Shown piece after piece: positions 61,049 to 64,000 of a stretch of 64,000 nucleotides of DNA; position 1 is the stretch's first letter, and every line of letters starts with the position of its first letter. Both the position numbers and the translations under genes were made by a program. Below the pieces are notes generated by a model. That model saw only the letters and a list, made by a program, of their open reading frames with translations. It did no database searches and was not told where the DNA came from. Source of the stretch: a bacterium (GTDB lineage Bacteria; Patescibacteriota; Patescibacteriia; JACQRZ01); the NCBI GenBank assembly GCA_030688365.1, contig JAUYIE010000003.1:30417-94416 (forward strand), in the 5' to 3' direction.

Positions 61049-62464
61049 TTACTGATTTTGTATATTAGATGGTGGTAATGCTACGTGTATGACGGTGTAT
61101 GATGGCACAGCACAGATCAACGCCAATGTCGTTGCCAACATCATACCTCCCGCATGAGTCGTCCATAAAAAATGATCAGTCAAAAATGCAATCAGTATAA
61201 CGACACCTAATGAAAACGTCAGTGCTACGCGCACTGCATCAAATACAGATGATATCGCGCGTATACGGATAGTGATCAACCATATATACCCTGCAATAAG
61301 AAATATCATCCCAACTATACCCATCAACCCCAGCTCACTGACAATAAGAATAGGCACCGCGTGGACTGGTTGATAACTATAGTATGGGCGTACAGTATTT
61401 GAATTTTTATCTTTCAAGAAAATCGAATATGTGTATTGCCCTATACCCGTCCCTAAAGGAAACTCTTGCAAAAGCGCACTCATACCCTCCCGCAACGATG
61501 ATCCCCTTTCAGACAATGATCGTTGTTCAAGACGCGTCAGTCCGCCGACACCAAGACGCGTGCTTAATGGCTCCCACAATCCATAACTCATCGTACCAAG
61601 AAGGATCACAACAAAGATCGTCATGACCGCGTTGATTTTTCCAAATCGTTCGTATGGTATGCGGATACGCGTTCGTAAAAGCGACATCATCACAATCATA
61701 GACAGCGACCCCAGTAACGCCGCAATCCATGCACCGCGAGAAAACGTCAAAATCAATCCACTTACAACGCACGCCCATGCAACCAGCAAACAATATGCCT
61801 GCCATTTTTTTCGGATATACCATGAAAGAGCAATACACAAAAGCACCGCCACCGCAAAATATATACCAAGCATATTGGGATGAGGAAACGTACCATATGC
61901 ACGCAAAAATCTACGTAGAGTACTTTCCACCACAGAATCTCCGAGAACAGATGATGCGTGAGCCGCCATACCAAGCCACGAGTGCGCGTGAATATGTTGT
62001 GCTAAAAATTGATGCCAAGCCACAACACTCTGTATCATTGCCATACCGACATATGCTGATAACGCCCCACCCAAAGACCATGGAATCATACGCAATGCCC
62101 ACACGATACACCCTATTTCCACCAAGCGCAGTATGGCGTACAGCGATACCCATTGTGCCGGCGCCCAAAGTAATGCGATGCAAGACCACATCAAAAGCAC
62201 ACCCCATCCACACAACAATAAAAAAAGTGGTAACTTTTCCTGTACCACTGGACGAACGACTGACCACTGTGTTTGTTTATTTGTATACCACCATATAAAC
62301 GAAATTATGATTCCCATGACCAAAAAATCAGTACCATACAACCCAATCACCCCGTACTGCCAAACACCTTCTGGACTACCAACAATTGGCGACGAAAAAA
62401 TATATACAGTCTGTATGGGAATAAAGAGAAAAAATACGTAAACCAACCATCTCATGATTTGCAT
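61049..62464 (-). CDS. O-antigen ligase/polymerase-family (Wzy_C-like) polytopic membrane protein.
   Basis: 471 aa with at least 10 TM segments. LTFSRGAWIAALLGSL matches the Wzy_C/O-antigen ligase SRGA motif. Confidence 0.55.
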   Translation of the reverse strand: MQIMRWLVYVFFLFIPIQTVYIFSSPIVGSPEGVWQYGVIGLYGTDFLVMGIIISFIWWYTNKQTQWSVVRPVVQEKLPLFLLLCGWGVLLMWSCIALLWAPAQWVSLYAILRLVEIGCIVWALRMIPWSLGGALSAYVGMAMIQSVVAWHQFLAQHIHAHSWLGMAAHASSVLGDSVVESTLRRFLRAYGTFPHPNMLGIYFAVAVLLCIALSWYIRKKWQAYCLLVAWACVVSGLILTFSRGAWIAALLGSLSMIVMMSLLRTRIRIPYERFGKINAVMTIFVVILLGTMSYGLWEPLSTRLGVGGLTRLEQRSLSERGSSLREGMSALLQEFPLGTGIGQYTYSIFLKDKNSNTVRPYYSYQPVHAVPILIVSELGLMGIVGMIFLIAGYIWLITIRIRAISSVFDAVRVALTFSLGVVILIAFLTDHFLWTTHAGGMMLATTLALICAVPSYTVIHVALPPSNIQNQ

Positions 62465-63432
62465 ATATCAGTACGCTTTATGATTTCCACTCTTTTTATA
62501 AACTCCTGCTGTGTTTGTTCTCGGGTATCATGCGGGTGCATTTTTAACACGTCATCGTTCATGACCACCTGTGTGCCTGTAGAGAGATGTTGTTTCAATG
62601 ATAGCGGTAATATCTTCATTTGAAAACCGTGTGCGAGTTTTTCCAACCAATTACCAAATAATGAAACTATATATTCACTCAATCGTTTGAGTCCTCGTTG
62701 CCACCATGCAAGTTGTATAGTCCTACGAGGGTGTTGAGCTTTGCTAAAATGGAAAGGAATCCATTGTGTTATCCAGGTATTTTTCTTATACCACCGTTCA
62801 TAATAATCCCCCGAGTCATAAAGCGGATCATGTTGCGATATCCAATAGACAAATTCTACGTCAACTACATCAGCATGTGGCGCACGTGCAAGTGTAGAAC
62901 AATCACCGTCGCGGTCTGAAGTAAAAAAACTTAAGCATAGCGCATTCTTTTTTTCTCGTGTCGCAATGTTTGGACGCTGTCCCAATATCTCCATGACTGT
63001 ACTGCAAAAAAAACGTACGAGCCATATATGGCCATGACGCACAAGAATATGCAAATCAATATCACTTTCATCACGCGCGTTACCAAACGACAAAGAACTA
63101 CACACGGCCACCATGCGCACAAACGGTACCATCGCTAACATACTTCCAAACCTCATCGCCTTTTTATATTTCTTATGCACTGCTTCATATCGCTCAAGTC
63201 GAGTATCCACGATATGTGATCGTCCCGCAATGGAATATAATCCACGCTGACAGGTTACATATCCTCCAGGAATCAAGACATCATCAATGATCTGCAATAC
63301 AGTAGCAATATCAGCCAGTTCCATGGGTGGGCAATAGGCATATTTCTGCACTTCTTCTAAAGTCAAAGGATAATCCGAGATATCAAAATAGTGCAATGTA
63401 GCAAGGATAGATTGGGGAGCAGACAGAATCAT
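62452..63432 (-). CDS. Predicted nucleotidyltransferase (Pol-beta-like fold).
   Basis: hG[GS]-x-D-x-D pattern: RFGSMLAMVPFVRMVAVCSSLSFGNARDESDIDLHIL. 326 aa. Confidence 0.45.
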   Translation of the reverse strand: MILSAPQSILATLHYFDISDYPLTLEEVQKYAYCPPMELADIATVLQIIDDVLIPGGYVTCQRGLYSIAGRSHIVDTRLERYEAVHKKYKKAMRFGSMLAMVPFVRMVAVCSSLSFGNARDESDIDLHILVRHGHIWLVRFFCSTVMEILGQRPNIATREKKNALCLSFFTSDRDGDCSTLARAPHADVVDVEFVYWISQHDPLYDSGDYYERWYKKNTWITQWIPFHFSKAQHPRRTIQLAWWQRGLKRLSEYIVSLFGNWLEKLAHGFQMKILPLSLKQHLSTGTQVVMNDDVLKMHPHDTREQTQQEFIKRVEIIKRTDICKS

Positions 63433-63519
63433 TGTATAGGGGATTACGATTGACGCGGGACTCTATTACTTGTATACTATACATTGTTACGGAAATGGTA
63501 AAGAAGCATGCAGTTATAA

Positions 63520-64000
63520 TTAAAAAACTATATCGCGAGACCATTTAAACAACTTTTTTGGGATGCTATTCTTCTTTTTTTAAAATTCCTTTCGCTGGGA
63601 AGACGCATCCTTATTGGCATAGTAAAAATCATTTTCAGTCCTTTGTACTGGATTGCTAAGGTAGTCGCGCATAAGCCGATTACTATTATTTATCGTTCTG
63701 TACTGCGTACGCGTTTCCGATTAGCAGAATTAGATATTCACCTAAAAAATCCTCTCACCTACCCACTGGTCAGCAAAAGTGTCGGCGGCATTGTATTGTT
63801 GTTGATCGGGATCGGCATTTTTATGTCAAATGTTGATTTTGCCACAGCAGACCCTGATATCACACTTCCACGCAACTTGCTTGTCTCTTATGTTTCCAGT
63901 GATTTGGATGCGACATATATTGAGGGTACTGATCAAATAATATCGGCAAGTGGTGACAATAATACTGCCAGTGTTAGCGCACGTGCCATACCGGAAACTG
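63520..64000 (+). CDS. Partial CDS open to the window end, not in the ORF track. The encoded protein has hydrophobic TM-like N-terminal segments, then a soluble region (MSNVDFATADPDITLPRNLLVSYVSSDLDATYIEG...). The first in-frame ATG is at 63823; any upstream start would be non-ATG.
   Basis: I translated frame 1 by hand from 63520. There is no stop to position 64000. Hydrophobic stretches GIVLLLIGIGIF and ILIGIVKIIFSPLYW are present. Confidence 0.3.

Overview
This 64 kb window reads as a gene-dense, mostly minus-strand bacterial segment using the standard genetic code: long housekeeping ORFs such as uvrA and leuS are intact with standard stops. The gene content suggests a small-genome, possibly CPR/Patescibacteria-like organism. 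That guess rests on the giant Cys-rich surface protein, the Gram-positive-style T4SS parts, a pilin-like gene next to an O-antigen-ligase-like gene, and the minimal core metabolism; it is inference only.

Housekeeping genes recognised from motifs: uvrA, leuS, glyA, holA-like, rpsT, lgt, pyk, groES and groEL with a CIRCE-like operator, trpS, RNase J, a Glu/Leu-family dehydrogenase, rsmA (ksgA), a phosphohexomutase, a MurD-type ligase fused to a PP-loop domain, secG, a DsbA-like oxidoreductase, an L,D-transpeptidase and comFC. There are four tRNAs, all on the minus strand: Arg, Ser, Leu and Asp.

Three accessory regions stand out.

(i) Positions 1 to about 8650 look like an integrated element. 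It ends at a P4-like tyrosine integrase plus an excisionase-like HTH gene directly beside tRNA-Arg. It carries AT-rich cargo ORFs, a secreted tandem-repeat protein and a four-gene minus-strand operon. That operon runs XRE-HTH, stand-alone reverse transcriptase (complete RT motifs, 329 aa), a Cys-rich Zn-ribbon-like protein, then a partial gene with a GHKL-ATPase-like N-box that runs off the window start. Two palindromic operator-like sites lie upstream. I regard this RT module as the best candidate for an undescribed retron, Abi, DRT or DGR-like system.

(ii) Positions 9300 to 18700 hold a seven-gene minus-strand operon. It encodes a VirB6/TrbL-like membrane protein with a large C-terminal domain, a T/P/S-rich 703 aa protein, a PrgI/VirB3-like protein, an apparently split VirB4 ATPase (232 aa N part plus 625 aa C part), a membrane protein and a translationally coupled ComFC. 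No VirD4 or relaxase is visible.

(iii) Positions 20233 to 31499 encode a 3462 aa secreted Cys-rich giant protein and an upstream membrane protein with calcium-binding-like D-x-D-x-D-G repeats.
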